From Dendrobates tinctorius (taxonomy: Eukaryota), in NCBI RefSeq assembly GCF_039654945.1, contig NW_027361728.1, positions 24,800,001 through 24,864,000 of the forward strand: a DNA stretch of 64,000 nt, in the 5' to 3' direction. Positions 43,720 through 56,775 of this stretch are shown here, piece after piece; the stretch's first letter is position 1, and the number at the start of each line of letters is the position of its first letter. Below the pieces are notes generated by a model. That model made no database searches. It saw only the letters and a program-made list of their open reading frames with translations, and was not told where the DNA came from. The position numbers and the translations under genes are program-made.

Positions 43720-46239
43720 CTATTTTTTCCACTTGTCCCAAAAGGCATTGGAGAGACTCTGTACTTGTCTCCATCGACTCCTGTAACGGTCTTTAACATT
43801 AAATTCTCCAGGTGGAGAGCAATTAGGGTCGGTCTTCTGCGTAAACAGCAGGGCTGGGGTGAGAACAGTTGGGTCATCAGGATCACTGGAAACTGGAGTC
43901 AACGGTTTGGCGTTTATGATGGTTGACACTTCGGCCGTGAATGTTGTCACGCTTTTGTGTGTCAGTCTTGCAGATCCTTCCTGTAAGAAGATTACAGCGA
44001 GGATTCTCCTTGCGACACCTATCATTCTCTCCCATACACCTCCCATATGTGAAGAATGTGGTGGGTTAAAAGTCCAAGTACACCCTTGTACACTTAGGTA
44101 TTTTTCTACGTCATTCATATCCAAGTTGGAAGAGAGTTGCAGTTCTCTTGCTGCTCTGAGTTTCCTCAGAACACTATCTTTTGGTATTGGTCGTTGATTG
44201 GCTAAACAGTCGATTTCTTTGGCATAGTTTTCCCGTTGTACAGCTCGGATAATTATATTCTTCGACTGCTCTAGCTGTAGAGTTGTATGGACGTGTTTAC
44301 CATGATGCCAGTGGTCCTCAAAGTCTTGAAGTGTAGGTGCTAACTCTGCATGACCGTTCTTACATATCTTCTCCTTGAAGGTTAAGAAATGGTCTTTCAT
44401 CTCTGGTTTATTATGGAAGCTATGCCTGAGGGAGACAGATCGTTTGTAAACTTGTTCTCTGTTGTTAGGCAAGCGTTGTCTTTGAGGCTTGAAGGATAGA
44501 GATGCAATCCAGCTCTTCGTTTTGTCCTGCACCATTCCTTGCTCCATCATCGCTAGGAACAGTCTATCTTCAAATGACATTGCTGTGCTATTATCTTCTT
44601 TGGTCTTGTGGAAGGCCGTACACCCAAGGTGATCTTGGTCGCAATTCTGAATGCAATCATCATTGGCACGACTCACTAAGATACTTGGTGCTGAAGTGCT
44701 GTGTAGCAACTCCTTTATGAAGTAGTGATTTTCACATGGTTGAAGGAGAGAGAGATCAAGCGTACTGGTAAGCATGTTGTTAACCACTGTCGGTTTGTGT
44801 GCTTCTAAACAGTCCTCTCCTACAATGACCCACCCAAGGTCGAGTCTCTGGGCATATGGAACGTTGTGAGAGCCATTGATATGCTGCCTAACCTCGTGGA
44901 CTCGTAGAATATCTCTCCCTAGGAGCAAGATTATTTGAGCCTCTGGGTCGAGGTTGGGAATCATGCGTTCTATACGCTTCAGATGAGAATGATACGATGC
45001 CACTTCAGGCGTTGGTATCTTTGACCTGTTGTCAGGAATCTGGTTACATTCAAATATGGTTGGTAAGGGCAGACACATTTGGCAGTCTATAGACTCGACT
45101 ACGTAGCCTGTTGCTCTTCTACCAGCTGTCTCTACTATACCGGCACAAGTTTTCAAAGAGTAGGGGGCACTGGGTCCTCTGACGTTAAAGCTATCAAAGA
45201 AGGCAGACTTGGCTAATGACCTGTTACTCTGATAATCTAAAATCGCGTATACTTTGATGGCCTTGTCCTTTTCGTCTGCTGGGTAGACTCTCACTAGGGA
45301 AATTTTAGAGCAGGACTTGCCTCCTATGAGATTTCCACGAACTTCTGTACACTTAGAAGTAATGGCTGGAGTGTCAGTATTTGAGTCAATCAGCTCCCCG
45401 CTATGCTCTTGGGGCAAAGCATCCGATGGTGGTCCAGGGTGTAGAACTGAATTATGTGCGGTGCTGTCACATTTGGTACACCTTGCACTAACCTCACAGT
45501 CCCTGGCGAAGTGGGATGTTGAAGAGCAGCATTTGTAGCAGATGCGGTTCTCCTTAAGGAAGGCCTTCCTTTCTTCCAATGACTTTTCTCTGAAAGCTCT
45601 GCACTTAAGTAAGGAATGTGGTTTCTTGTGTAAGGGACACTGCCTGCTTGGGTCCTTGGATTTGTCTTCTCCTTGACCGGAGCTGAACTCTTTGCGAACT
45701 GAACCTGTGGAAGAAATGTTAGTTTTGTGGCCCTCTACAGTTGTTCTACGAGGTTTACTAACAGAGTTATTGGCACATGACAGCATGAAATCAAAGCTAG
45801 GATCATTTCTAATTTTTGCTTGTTCTGAGACAAAATCTACAAACACATTGAATGGAGGAAATGGTACATTGTAAGTCTGTTTATACCTAGAACCATATGT
45901 AACCCATTTGTCTTGCAGGTTATATGGGAGTTTTTGAACTATGGGGTTCACACCTCTAGCAGTGTCGAGATATGTCAACCCCACAAGATCTCCTTCTGCT
46001 TTTGCTACACACAACTCGGTTAATTCTCTGAGCTTTGAATAATCCTTGTTCGCTATTCTTGGAAAGTCCTCTATTCTTTTAAACAAGGCACTTTCTATAA
46101 CCTCTACTGAGCCATAGCATTCATCAAGTCTATTCCAAATTCTTTTGAGGCCGACATCTGGATAATTTACATTAATGTCTCTGATTCTCTTTGCGTGTTC
46201 GGCAGACTCACTTCCTAGCCATTTTACCAAGAGATCCAC
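43720..46239 (-). CDS. BEL gag-protease fused in frame to integrase C-terminal part (RT/RNase H absent); frame continues upstream past a single TAA at 46309
   Basis: Three Cys/His knuckles (CPLH...C, CYKC...H...C, CTKC...H...H), protease AILDYQSNRS, integrase NPPHSSHMGGVWERMI, DUF5641-like tail; no YxDD motif. Confidence 0.8.
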   Translation of the reverse strand: MDLLVKWLGSESAEHAKRIRDINVNYPDVGLKRIWNRLDECYGSVEVIESALFKRIEDFPRIANKDYSKLRELTELCVAKAEGDLVGLTYLDTARGVNPIVQKLPYNLQDKWVTYGSRYKQTYNVPFPPFNVFVDFVSEQAKIRNDPSFDFMLSCANNSVSKPRRTTVEGHKTNISSTGSVRKEFSSGQGEDKSKDPSRQCPLHKKPHSLLKCRAFREKSLEERKAFLKENRICYKCCSSTSHFARDCEVSARCTKCDSTAHNSVLHPGPPSDALPQEHSGELIDSNTDTPAITSKCTEVRGNLIGGKSCSKISLVRVYPADEKDKAIKVYAILDYQSNRSLAKSAFFDSFNVRGPSAPYSLKTCAGIVETAGRRATGYVVESIDCQMCLPLPTIFECNQIPDNRSKIPTPEVASYHSHLKRIERMIPNLDPEAQIILLLGRDILRVHEVRQHINGSHNVPYAQRLDLGWVIVGEDCLEAHKPTVVNNMLTSTLDLSLLQPCENHYFIKELLHSTSAPSILVSRANDDCIQNCDQDHLGCTAFHKTKEDNSTAMSFEDRLFLAMMEQGMVQDKTKSWIASLSFKPQRQRLPNNREQVYKRSVSLRHSFHNKPEMKDHFLTFKEKICKNGHAELAPTLQDFEDHWHHGKHVHTTLQLEQSKNIIIRAVQRENYAKEIDCLANQRPIPKDSVLRKLRAARELQLSSNLDMNDVEKYLSVQGCTWTFNPPHSSHMGGVWERMIGVARRILAVIFLQEGSARLTHKSVTTFTAEVSTIINAKPLTPVSSDPDDPTVLTPALLFTQKTDPNCSPPGEFNVKDRYRSRWRQVQSLSNAFWDKWKK

Positions 46240-49200
46240 TTCTTCACTACATGATAGACCTATGTCTCTTATGGTATTTTTGAAGGAGGGTAGCCAAGCC
46301 CTGTAGTTTTAAGCGCGATCGCTGAACTTTACAAGTCCCTTAGTGACCAACTCACGTCGAGCAAGGAACTTGGCAAAGTCCATCGTGGCTTGATTGGCAC
46401 TGATGCTAGCTGATGGAGTGTTGTCAGAGTACATGTGTGCTGTGCGATCATACCTGTTAGATGTCTTTGGTTTGGTCCAACTGCTGTAGTACCTTTCTGA
46501 AGTGAAGGGATTCTCTTTAAGCCGGGACAGATTCCGGATCTTCTGTTCTGGAGAACGATTATTGTAGTCAGTATCATCCCAATGTGTATTTCCTTGCTTT
46601 TGGTAGGGAGACTGATAGTTGACTTTCTGGGGGTCCGAATTATCTGGTTGGCTTGACTTGTTGACAAAATGCTTTGTCTTCACCTGTGGGTCTGGATCGT
46701 CATTTGATTTAGAATGCTGATGGGCGTACTCTGCAGTACGCTGCAATTGATCGTGAGTAACTTGCTGTAGGCCTAGCACACTGCTGCGTCTGCTCGGTTC
46801 ATCGTCAGAATATACGGCAGCTTCTAAGGCTTCTGCTTCTGCTATGGCAGCTGCTGTTTCTTTTTAAATAGCAAGTTTCTGTAATGTTGCTTCAAGGCGC
46901 GCTTTCTCTTCATCCAGGCATGCTTGTTGGCGCGCTTTTTCTGCATCCAGTGACGCTTTTTCGGCATCCAGGCATGCTTGTTGGCATGCTTTTTCTTCAT
47001 CCAGGGATGCTTGTTGTAGTTTCAATTCTATCTCTTGCTCAGCAAAGGTGCTTCTTGCTTTTGCCGCTTCAGCTTTTGCGCGGGCAAAGCGGCGGCATTG
47101 CTGACGGATGATGTCTTGGAGGAATCAACTCGTGATCTCGTCTTGAAAGAGGATGCTCGTCCTTTAGACATGATTCAACAGTTAGGCGACCGCTGTGATA
47201 TCCCTTTGTCGGCTCTGCGTGGATAATGGCGTGCTCCGTATGGTCCGATTATTCGGTCCGACCGTTAGGAGGTTGCTGCAATATCCGTGTGCAATAACCG
47301 TATGATTGGATAATGGCGGGCTCTGTAACGTCAGATCTTCTGAGCTTGTTCTCAGCAGTTGTTTCACTATACTGTCCTCATACACGTTAGCAGGGTGTGC
47401 AATGAGACATGTAGCCAAACCCCCTGTCTTCTTTAAGAAAAGAGGCTGTAAAATTGTAACCTCCTTTTATTGATTGCAGATGAGACAAGAAAGGGTGAAA
47501 CTATAGGATGCAATAACAGGAGCATTTCAGAATATATAACTGCACAAAGCATAAAATACAGATAGTCTGCAACACACAGTAATATGAGGTAATACATAGG
47601 TACCATGAGATAATACATAGGTAGCATGAGGTAATACATAGGTAACATGAGGTAATACATAGCTGATGATTACCTATTTAATACAACAAACGTTATAAAC
47701 ACAGGATTATAACACCTAGATAGTGCTTACCAACTATGCTTAGAGCAGGCTGTTAAAGAAGCATGAAGAACACGAATGGTGTAGTTTCTCCTAAGACACA
47801 TGGAGGAATAATGGCTTCTGTTCCCCTCACAGTGTCATAAACAAGACTATGATGTAACAGGAACAATCCCACAATACATTGCAAATTAAACTAGAATCTA
47901 TGCATTAAACGGCCAGCAGGTGGTGCTGTTACCTTACAGTATGAAATATATGAAGGATTACTACACACAAAAATACAATGTCTGTAATAATCGAGGACAT
48001 AAAAAATGACTAGACCTTCTAGACAGCAATTATATGGCTGGACAGAACAGGGATGTAGTTTGTAAAATTAGTTCACATATGAGGTTTGTTTTTTTGTTCT
48101 GGCATCTCAGGGGCTCTGCCAATGTGACATTGCACCCCAAAACCATTTCAGCAAATTCTGAACTCCAATATGGCGCTTCTTCCCTTCCGAACCCTTTCGT
48201 GAGCCCAAACAGTAGTTTTTTCCCGCATATGGGGTATCCGTGTACTCAGGGAAAATTGCACAACAAATTGTAGTATGCAATTTCTCCTATTACCCTTATG
48301 AAAATTTGGAGCTAAAATACATTTTTGTGTGGAAATGTGATTTTTTTTTTTATTTTTTTTTATTTTTTCATGGTTCAACGTTATAAACTTCTGTGACACA
48401 CCTGTGGGTTCAAGGTGCTCACCACAAATCTAAATACATTCCTTGAGGTGTCTAGTTTCCAGAAGGGGGAGGTCACTTGTGGAGGGTTTCCATTGTTTAG
48501 GCACCTCAGGGGCTCTCCACACGGGACATGATGTCCGCTAATGATTCCAGTAAATTTTGCGTTCAAAAAGTCAAGTGGCGATCCTTCTCTTGAGAGCTCT
48601 GCCGTGCTCCCAAGCAGTGTTTTTTTTTACCCACTTGTGGAGTATCGGCATGCTCAGGAGAAATTACACAACAAATTTCAGGGTCCTTTTTTTTCCTGTT
48701 ACTCTTGTGAAAATAAACTGTCTAAAGTAACATTTTTGTGGTAAAAAGTTAAATGTTCATTTTTGTTTTCCACATTCCAAAAATTCCTGTGATGCACTTG
48801 AAGAGTCAATAAACTTCTTGAATGTTGTTTTTAGCATCTTGACAGCTGCAGTTTTTATAATTGGATCACTTGTGTATTTTATGTAGACCCCTCAAAGTCA
48901 CTTCAAAGTTAATGTGGTCCCTAAAAGAAAAAAAAAGTTTTGTAAATTTTGTTGGAAAATGAGAAATCGTTGGTCAACTTTTAACCCTTTTATATCTTCC
49001 TAACAAAAAAAATTTGATTACAAAATTGTGGTGATATAAAGTAGTCGTGAGAAATGTTTATTAACTATTTTGTGTAACATATATCGATGATTTAAGAGCA
49101 TAAGAATTCAAAGTGTGAAAATTGCAAAATTTTCCAAATTTGACAATTTTTTTTCACAAACGAGTCACATCAAATAACTTTTACCACTCTCATGAAGTAC

Positions 49201-50569
49201 AATATGTCATGAAAAGCCATGGGATCCGTTGAAGCGTTCCAGAGTTATAACCTCATAAAGGGACACTGGTCAGAGTTGTAAAAATTGTCCTTGTCTTCTA
49301 GTGAAAAAACCCTCAATAAAAAGGGGTTATATGGTTTAGAAGACCTCTTTTTGTATAACCTTTAAGAAAGCTCTGATGTTATATACACTGCAGTCACTGT
49401 AACGCTCATTTCAGGGGCGGGGCTAAACTCTGCATGCTGTTCTCTGCACGCTCCTGGGTATTCTGATACCGCGCTCTGACAGTGTGCTCTCTTCTGTGTT
49501 GTCAACTTGTTACTACTGATCTCAGAAGGCAACACAGAGCGTGCTCTGTGATTGTGCACATCACACAATGACCGCACGCATGGATAGAGCAGGGACTTGC
49601 CCCGCCACTGATGACGCTTTGTTTCTGGGAGGGGCAAAGGCTGTGGCACAGTGACCACAGCCTCTGTCCCTTAATGGCGCTTCCTTTGAATATCCTAGCA
49701 TGCACTGTCATTGTCAAATGAAGAGCCATCACACAGGAAGTAGAGAAGAAGGTACAATAGGAGTTAATGTAGTTAGGGTATGGTAGAGAATTTTTAATGC
49801 AAACATATTAGAAATCAGTTTAGGTTATGGCATTAACCCCTTCCCGACCTGTGACAGCGTATGCGTCATGAAAGTCGGTGCCAATCCGACCTATGACGCA
49901 TACCCTGTGTCATGAATTCAAAGCCCCCCTGCGGGTCGGGTGACCGGGGTCAATGAAAGGTCACCTGACCTGCAGATACAGGGGGCTTTGTAATTCACCA
50001 CAGGGGGTGTGGCTTCGCCCCCACGTGGCTACGATCGCTCTGATTGGCTGTTAAAAGTGAAACAGCCAATCAGAGCGATAGTAATATTTCATCAATGAAA
50101 ATTGATGAAATATTACAATCCAGCCATGGCCGATGCTGCAGTAGCATCGGACATGGCTGGAGACACAGATTTGACCCCCCCCACTGGCGATCGCCCCCCC
50201 TGCCACTGAATGACAGCGGCGATCTGCCGCCGCTGTCATCATCTGCCCCCCCTCCCATTCCCTTCGCTCCCCGCCAGCTTCCGATCCCCCCCCTCACCCA
50301 CTCTCACCGCCCCCGGCACCTTCTAAGTCTCCCCGTCGCTCCCGGTGTCCGGCGGGACCGGTTCATGGGCGCCGCCATCTTGGAAAATGGCGGGCGCATG
50401 CGCAGTGCGCCCGCCCGAATCTGCCGGCTGCAGATTCCATTATTTCATTTTGATCACTCTCACAGTGATCAAAATGAAATAAAAAGTAAATGAACCCCCC
50501 GATTATCACCCCCATAGGTAGGCAGTACTAATAAAATAAAGAAAATATTTTTATTTTTATTTTTCCATC

Positions 50570-50890
50570 AGGGTTAGGGTTAGGGTTGGAAAGAGGGTTA
50601 GGGTTGGAAAGAGGGTTAGGGTTGGAAAGAGGGTTAGGGTTGAAAAGAGGGTTAGGGTTGTAAAGAGGGTTAGGGTTGGAATTATGGTTGGGGTTGAAAA
50701 GAGGGTTAGGGTTGGAGTTAGGGTTAGAATTAGGGTTAGGCTTGTGGTTAGTGTTATGGTTAGTGTTGGGGTTAGGGGTGTGTTGGGGTTAGGTTTATGG
50801 TTAGGGTTGGGATTAGGGTTAGGGATGTGTTGGGGTTAGGGTGTGGTTAGGGGTGTGTTGGGGTTAGGGTTGGAGTTAGAATTGAGGGGT
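50570..50890 (+). repeat. Degenerate telomere-like (TTAGGG)n array
   Basis: GGGTTAGGGTTAGGGTTGGAAAGA 18-bp higher-order units and TTAGGG variants. Confidence 0.9.
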
Positions 50891-53160
50891 TTCCACTGTT
50901 TAGGCACATCAGGGGGTATCCAAACGCGACATGGTGCAACCTTTGAATCCAGCCAATTTTGCGTTCAAAAAGTCAAACGGTGCTCACTCCCTTCCAAGCC
51001 CCGACGTGTGCCCAAACAGTGGTTTACCCCCACATATGGGGTATCAGCGTACTCAGGAAAAATTGCACAACAACTTTTGGGGTCTAATTTCTCCTGTTAC
51101 CCTTGGGAAAATAAAAAAATGGGGGCTAAAAATTATTTTTGTGAAAAAAAAATGTTTTTTTCATTTTCATGTCTCTGCATTATAAACTTCTGTGAAGCAC
51201 TTGGGGGTTGAAAGTGCTCACCATACATCTACATAAGTTCCTTGGAAGGTCTAGTTTCCAAAATGGGGTAACTTGTGGGGGGTTTCCACTGTTTAGGCAC
51301 ATCAGGGGCTCTGCAAACGTAATGACGACTGCAGACTATTCCATCAAAGTCTGCACTTCAAAACGTCACTACTTCCATTCCGAGCCCTGACGTGTTCCCA
51401 AACAATGGTTCCCCCACACATATGGGGTATCAGCGTACTCAGGACAAACTGGACAACAACTTTTGGGGTCCAATTTATCCTGTTACCCTTGTGAAAAAAA
51501 AATTGCGGGCTAAAAATCATTTTTTTGAGGGAAAAAATGATTTTTTATTTTCACGGCTCTGTGTTATTAACTTCTGTGAAGCACTTGGGGGTTCAAGGTG
51601 CTCACCATACATCTAGATAAGTTCCTTGGGGGGTCTAGTTTCCAAAATGGGGTCACTTGTTGGGGGGTTTCTACTGTTTAGGCACACAGGGGCTCAGCAA
51701 ATGTAACATGACGCCCGCAGACCATTCCATCAAAGTCAGCATTTCAAAATGTCACTACTTCCCTGCTGAGGCCCAACGTGTGCCCAAACAGTGGTTTCCC
51801 CCCACATATGGGGTACCAGCGTACTCAGGACAAACTGGACAACAACTTTTGGGGTCCAATTTCTCCTGTTACCCTTGTGAAAATAAAAAATTGCAGACTA
51901 AAAAATTTTTTTTTAGGAAAAAAAAAAGATTTTTTATTTTCACTGCTCTGCATTATAAACTTCTGTGAATCACCTGGGGGTTCAAAGTGCTCACTATGCA
52001 TCTAGATAAGTTCCTTAGGGGGTCTAGTTTCCAAAATGGGGTCATTTGTGGGGGAGCTCCAAAGTTTAGGCACACAGGGGATCTCCAAACACGACATGGT
52101 GTCCGCTAACGATTGGAGCTAATTTTCATTTCAAAAAGTCAAATGGCGCTCATTCCCTTCTGCGCCCTGCCGTGCACCCAAACAGTGCCCCCCCCCCCCT
52201 CACATATGGGGTACCAGCGTACTCAGGACAATCTGGACAACAACTTTTTTGGTCCAATTTCTCCTGTTACCCTTGTGAAAATAAAAAATAGCATGCTAAA
52301 AAATCATTTTTGAGGAAAAAAAAATGATTTTTTATTTTCACTGCTCTATGTTATAAACTTTTGTGAGGCACTTGGGGGTTCAAAGTGCTCACTACACATC
52401 TAGATAAGTTCCTTAAGGTGTCTAGTTTCCAAAATGGTGTCACTTGTGGGGGAGCTCCAATGTTTAGGCACACAGGGGCTCTCCAAACGCGACATGGTGT
52501 CCGATAACGATTGGAGCTAATTTTCCATTCAAAAAGTCAAATGGTGCTCCTTGCCTTCCGGGCCCTGCCGTGCGCCCAAACAGTGGTTTATGACCACATA
52601 TGAGGTATTGGTGTGCTCAGGAGAAATTGCCCAACAAATTTTAGGATCCATTTTATCCAGTTGCCCACGTGAAAATGAAAAAACTGAGGCTAAAAGATAA
52701 TTTTTGTGAAAAAAAAGTATTTTTTTTTTTTACGGATCAATTTGAGAAGCACCTGGGGGTTCAAAGTGATCACTATGCATCTAGATAAGTTCCTTGGGGG
52801 GTCTAGTTTCCAAAATGGGGTCACTTGTGGGGGAGCTCCAGTGTTTAGGCACACAGCGACTCTCCAAACGCGACATGGCAAGCGCTAAATATTCCAGCAT
52901 ATTTTCCATTCAAAAAGTCAAATGGTGCTCCTTCCCTTCTGAGCCCTGCCGTACGCCCAAACAGTGGTTTATGACCACATATGAGGTATCGGTGTACTCA
53001 GGGGAAATTGCCCAACAAATTTTAGTATCCATTTTATCCTGTTGCCCATGTGAAAATGAAAAAATTGATGCTGAAAGGAAATTTGTGTTGGAAAAATAAA
53101 AATGTCCATTTTTTCCTTCCACATTGCCTTAGCTGCTGTGAAACACCTGAAGGGTTAATA
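50891..53160. repeat. ~385-395-bp tandem repeat, about 6 copies
   Basis: tgtttaggcaca...gtactcagga...tctagtttccaaaatgggg recurs at ~50891, 51284, 51668, 52058, 52455, 52836. Confidence 0.88.
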
Positions 53161-54475
53161 ATCTTCTTGAATGTGGTTTTGAGTAGCTTGAGGGGTGCAG
53201 TTTTTAGAATGGTGTCACTTTTGGGTATTTTCTGCCATATAGACCCCTCAAAGTGACTTCAAATGTAAGGTGGTCCCTAAATAAAAATGGTTTTGTAAAT
53301 TTTGTTGTAAAAATGAGAAATCACTGGTCAACTTTTAACCCTTATAACTTCCTAACAAAAAAATATTTTGCTTCCAAAATTGTGCTGATGTAAAGTAGAC
53401 ATGTGGGAAATGTTATTTAGTAACTATTTTGTGTCACATAACTCTCTAGTTTAACAGAATAAAAATTCAAAATTTGAAAATTGCAAAATTTTCAAAATTT
53501 TCACCAAATTTCTGATTTTTTCACAAATAAACGCAGAAATTATCGACCTAAATTTACCACTAATATGAAGCCCAATATGTCACGAAAAAACAATCTCAGA
53601 ATCGCTAGGATGCGTTGAAGCGTTCCAGAGTTATTACCTCATAAAGGGACACTGGTCAGAATTGCAAAAAATGGCCAGGTCATTAAGGTCAAAATAGGCT
53701 GGGTCATGAAGGGGTTAAATAGATGGGGGTTTAGATTAAAATTTCTTTCACCATCAGTCAATGCCTTGTGAATGTGATCACTGTAGTGTGAAGAGATTTG
53801 TGACTGATACAGAGCACAGATGGGTTTATGCAAATAAAGGCATAATGAGGAAGGTTTCTGACAGACAATTTCATCAGATTAAGAAAGCAGCTGCTAAAAT
53901 GCCAAAGACAGCAAACAGATATTTGAAGTTGCTGATTCCTCTGGAATCTTGCGAACTTGAAGGACCGTCCAGAGACTTGCAGTTGTGCATAAACCTACTG
54001 TTCAGCCACCCTTGAACAGTGATCACAAACAGAAACAGTTGCATTGGGCCCATGCATACATGAAGACTAATCTTAAAATAGTCTTCTTTACTGATAAGTT
54101 CTGTGCAACCCTGGATGGTTGGTGAATGGCCACGATGTCGCAAAAATGCTGCAACGTCAGCAAGGAGGTGTCGGAGTCATGTTTTTGGCCAGAATCATGG
54201 GAATAGAGTTGGTAAGGCCCCTTTAGAGTCCCTGAAGGTCTGACAATGACCATGGCAAATTATATAGAGTTTTCTGACTGACCACTTTCTTCCATGGTGC
54301 AAAATGAACTGTGCTATCTGTAGCAAAATCATCTTCATGCATGACAGTGCACCATCTGCAGTCATTGGCTGCTATGGGCATAAAAGGAGAGAAACGCATG
54401 CTGTGGCCACCATCCTCCCCTGACATCGACCATATTGAGAACTTTTGGAATATCCTCCAGCAAAATATCTAGGAG

Positions 54476-55903
54476 TGTGGTGAGCCACTGTTGAGGCGCC
54501 AGATGTTGCAGAAGGGCCAGCTGGGGAATGTAGTCCCACTGGCAGCAGATAATGATGTCACGGTAGCTGAAGTGGTCGCTGGACCCCTCAACACTTCCCT
54601 CATGTCCACAACAATTGTCAATAGCAGGAGGTGGCATTTGTGGATGTTATAGGACCCCCTGGGGGCACTCCTGTAGCGGTGGTGTCGGTGCATGTTTTGG
54701 AGCGCCTGTGGTGTTTGTGCAGTCTCAATCAGCCAGACACGCAGGTGAACTTGTAAACATAATTTTACTGAAAGAGGTAACTGGGTACAGTCTTTCTCTT
54801 AAAGGCAAAAGTTACAGTATATTGTTCATATGAAAGTAATAATTTTCTCCTCAGGAGACAAGCGAGGTTATGGCCTCTCAGGGCTACTGGAGCAGAGATC
54901 TCTTCAATTCCTATTAGAGTAAGTGTTATGCGATGTCCAAGAAATATTACACTGATGGAGGGACATTCACAGATTGGCTCTCTGTGGAAACACACTAAGG
55001 TGTGGAAGTACTCACAGTTTTGAGCCTACCGTTCCCTATCGCAGGGGGTAGATTAAACAAAGTCGGTGGCGTGGCAGCCACGTGGGTCTGGTCCTGACTA
55101 GAAGCAAACAGGATAACCAGCATGCAGGAGAGCACATGTGCAGATTTCTCTCCTGACTAGAAGACTTCTCTCCTTTGTGGAGGAGATTATGTGGTGAATA
55201 GGGAAGAGTGAATAGCTTTGGATAAGAGCTTATCCGAACAGCTATAGCACTTACCGAATGGCTGCATCAGGAACCTGGAGCGCTCCCGATGATCAGCTGT
55301 TCGGCTCCGCAGCTACATGTGTAGCGGCTGTTTCACTGTCACATCACATGTATGGAGAGCCCAATAAACAGGCTCTCCATGCATGTGTTGTGACTGTCAC
55401 ACAGCCTCGGCACATGCTGCTGCGGAGCTGAACAGCTGATCTTCGGGCGTGCTCCAGGTATCCGGGCTCCTGATGCAGCTATTTGGTAAGCGCTATAGCT
55501 ATTCGGATAAGCTCTTGTTCGAAGCTATTTGATCAATCCTAGTGGAGAAAGATATCCCCTCTGCAAGGACTTGCATGGAAAATTATGATGAGAGCAGTAG
55601 TGATTGCTCCCTCCATCAGCTTGAACCACTCAGAACTGGAAGTTACTTCAGGAAGTGTGGGCCCTAAGCTGGGAGGCTCCTCCCAATGATTTGTATGGCA
55701 GCCTGTGAGGCAAATAATCACTTAACTTTCATATACACATTGGGCTGTAGCTGGTAGCAAAGCACATTTATGAATCGTCTGTATACAATGCAATGTATTA
55801 CATCTCTCAGTGCCCCAACTAATTTTGACACACTGGAACAAATCTACTGCCACACGACAACTGACTCATTCAGCAGCAGTAGAACGAGTACCGGGATACC
55901 ACA
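54476..55903. mobile_element. Probable solo LTR
   Basis: TGTGGT...ACCACA termini interrupt the TRT relic; degenerate 4-bp TSD (ggag / tgaa). Confidence 0.6.
55199..55541. mobile_element. Palindromic hAT-like MITE
   Basis: TSD GTGGTGAA / GTGGAGAA; whole element folds back. Confidence 0.8.
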
Positions 55904-56045
55904 TGAAGGTTTGAGGTTCACATTAAAACAGCTGCTCTGGGAGGCAGTTCTGACATCTTACAAACAAATTCAAGCAGAAACGATCCAAAAACTCACAGGT
56001 TCAATGGATGCAAGAATTGTAAAGGTGATATCAAAGGAGTCCTAT

Positions 56046-56291
56046 TAGTGAACATGCTCAGATAAGATGTTATCCGAGCATGCTCGTGTGCTAACCGAGT
56101 GACTTCGGCGTGCTCGAATAATATGTTCTACAGCCACACCTCATGCAGGAATTGCCTAGTAAACAGTCCCTGCATGTGTTGCGGCTGTCGAACAACTGCT
56201 AGACATGCAGCCATGGGGACCCGTACATATTTTTTGAGCACGCCAAAGACACTCTGTTAGCACCTTATTCGAGCATGTTCGCTCATCACTA
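56046..56291. mobile_element. Palindromic hAT-like MITE (TAGTGATGAGC family)
   Basis: TSD AGTCCTAT / GGTCCTAT; ends ...GCTCATCACTA. Confidence 0.8.
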
Positions 56292-56775
56292 GGTCCTATG
56301 TTAACATGTAAGTTGTCCTGTTAAGATGTTTTTGATTGAAAAAGCTTTTGAGTTCAGTTCAGTTGTGACCTCGTATTGCTTCAAATTAAACAAATGACCA
56401 TTTTCAGTTCTTTACAACTTTTAAAATGTTTGGAAACTCTCTTGTGCATATTTGGAACAGTGCATTTTGAAGTTTTGAAAAAAAAAATACTTTTGTCATT
56501 GGGAGGTTTGTCCATTATAATTTTATTTATACACAAACGGTTGATGATTTGAACATTATACTTTCATTTGTCATTTGCATCGACTGTTTAAGAAAATCAG
56601 AGAAAAATGGCATTTGTTTAATAATTTGGAATGTAGGGATGTCCAACGGCACAAAGATCATCTCTCGCTTAATGGACCTATCCTGGCTAACACACAAAAA
56701 TTATTTAAATGGGTATTATGTAAGACCTACTTTCCACTATGGTGAGAAGTTAAACTCCTACTTACTGATAGTTTC

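Larger units (their letters stand above)
49837..53714. mobile_element. Non-autonomous TTAA piggyBac-like element (3.9 kb)
   Basis: TTAA|CCCCTTCCCGACC...GGTCATGAAGGGG|TTAA; no transposase ORF. Confidence 0.85.
53720..56635 (+). pseudogene. Old, fragmented DD37E/TRT-related element with nested insertions
   Basis: Similar to 37735-38748 (IKKAAAKMP, IFMHD.APS, WPPSSPD, ETIQKLTGSMDAR). Confidence 0.75.

Noticed and set aside
46970-46991. p53-like site AGGCATGCTT-gt-TGGCATGCTT in a p53 target gene
   Set aside because: Arises from a coding repeat in BEL gag, has a 2-bp spacer and a mismatch, and is far from the promoter; other CATG half-sites in MITEs are unpaired
50570-50890. Chromosome end or fusion site
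   Set aside because: Degenerate, single orientation, internal to a TTAA element within an intron
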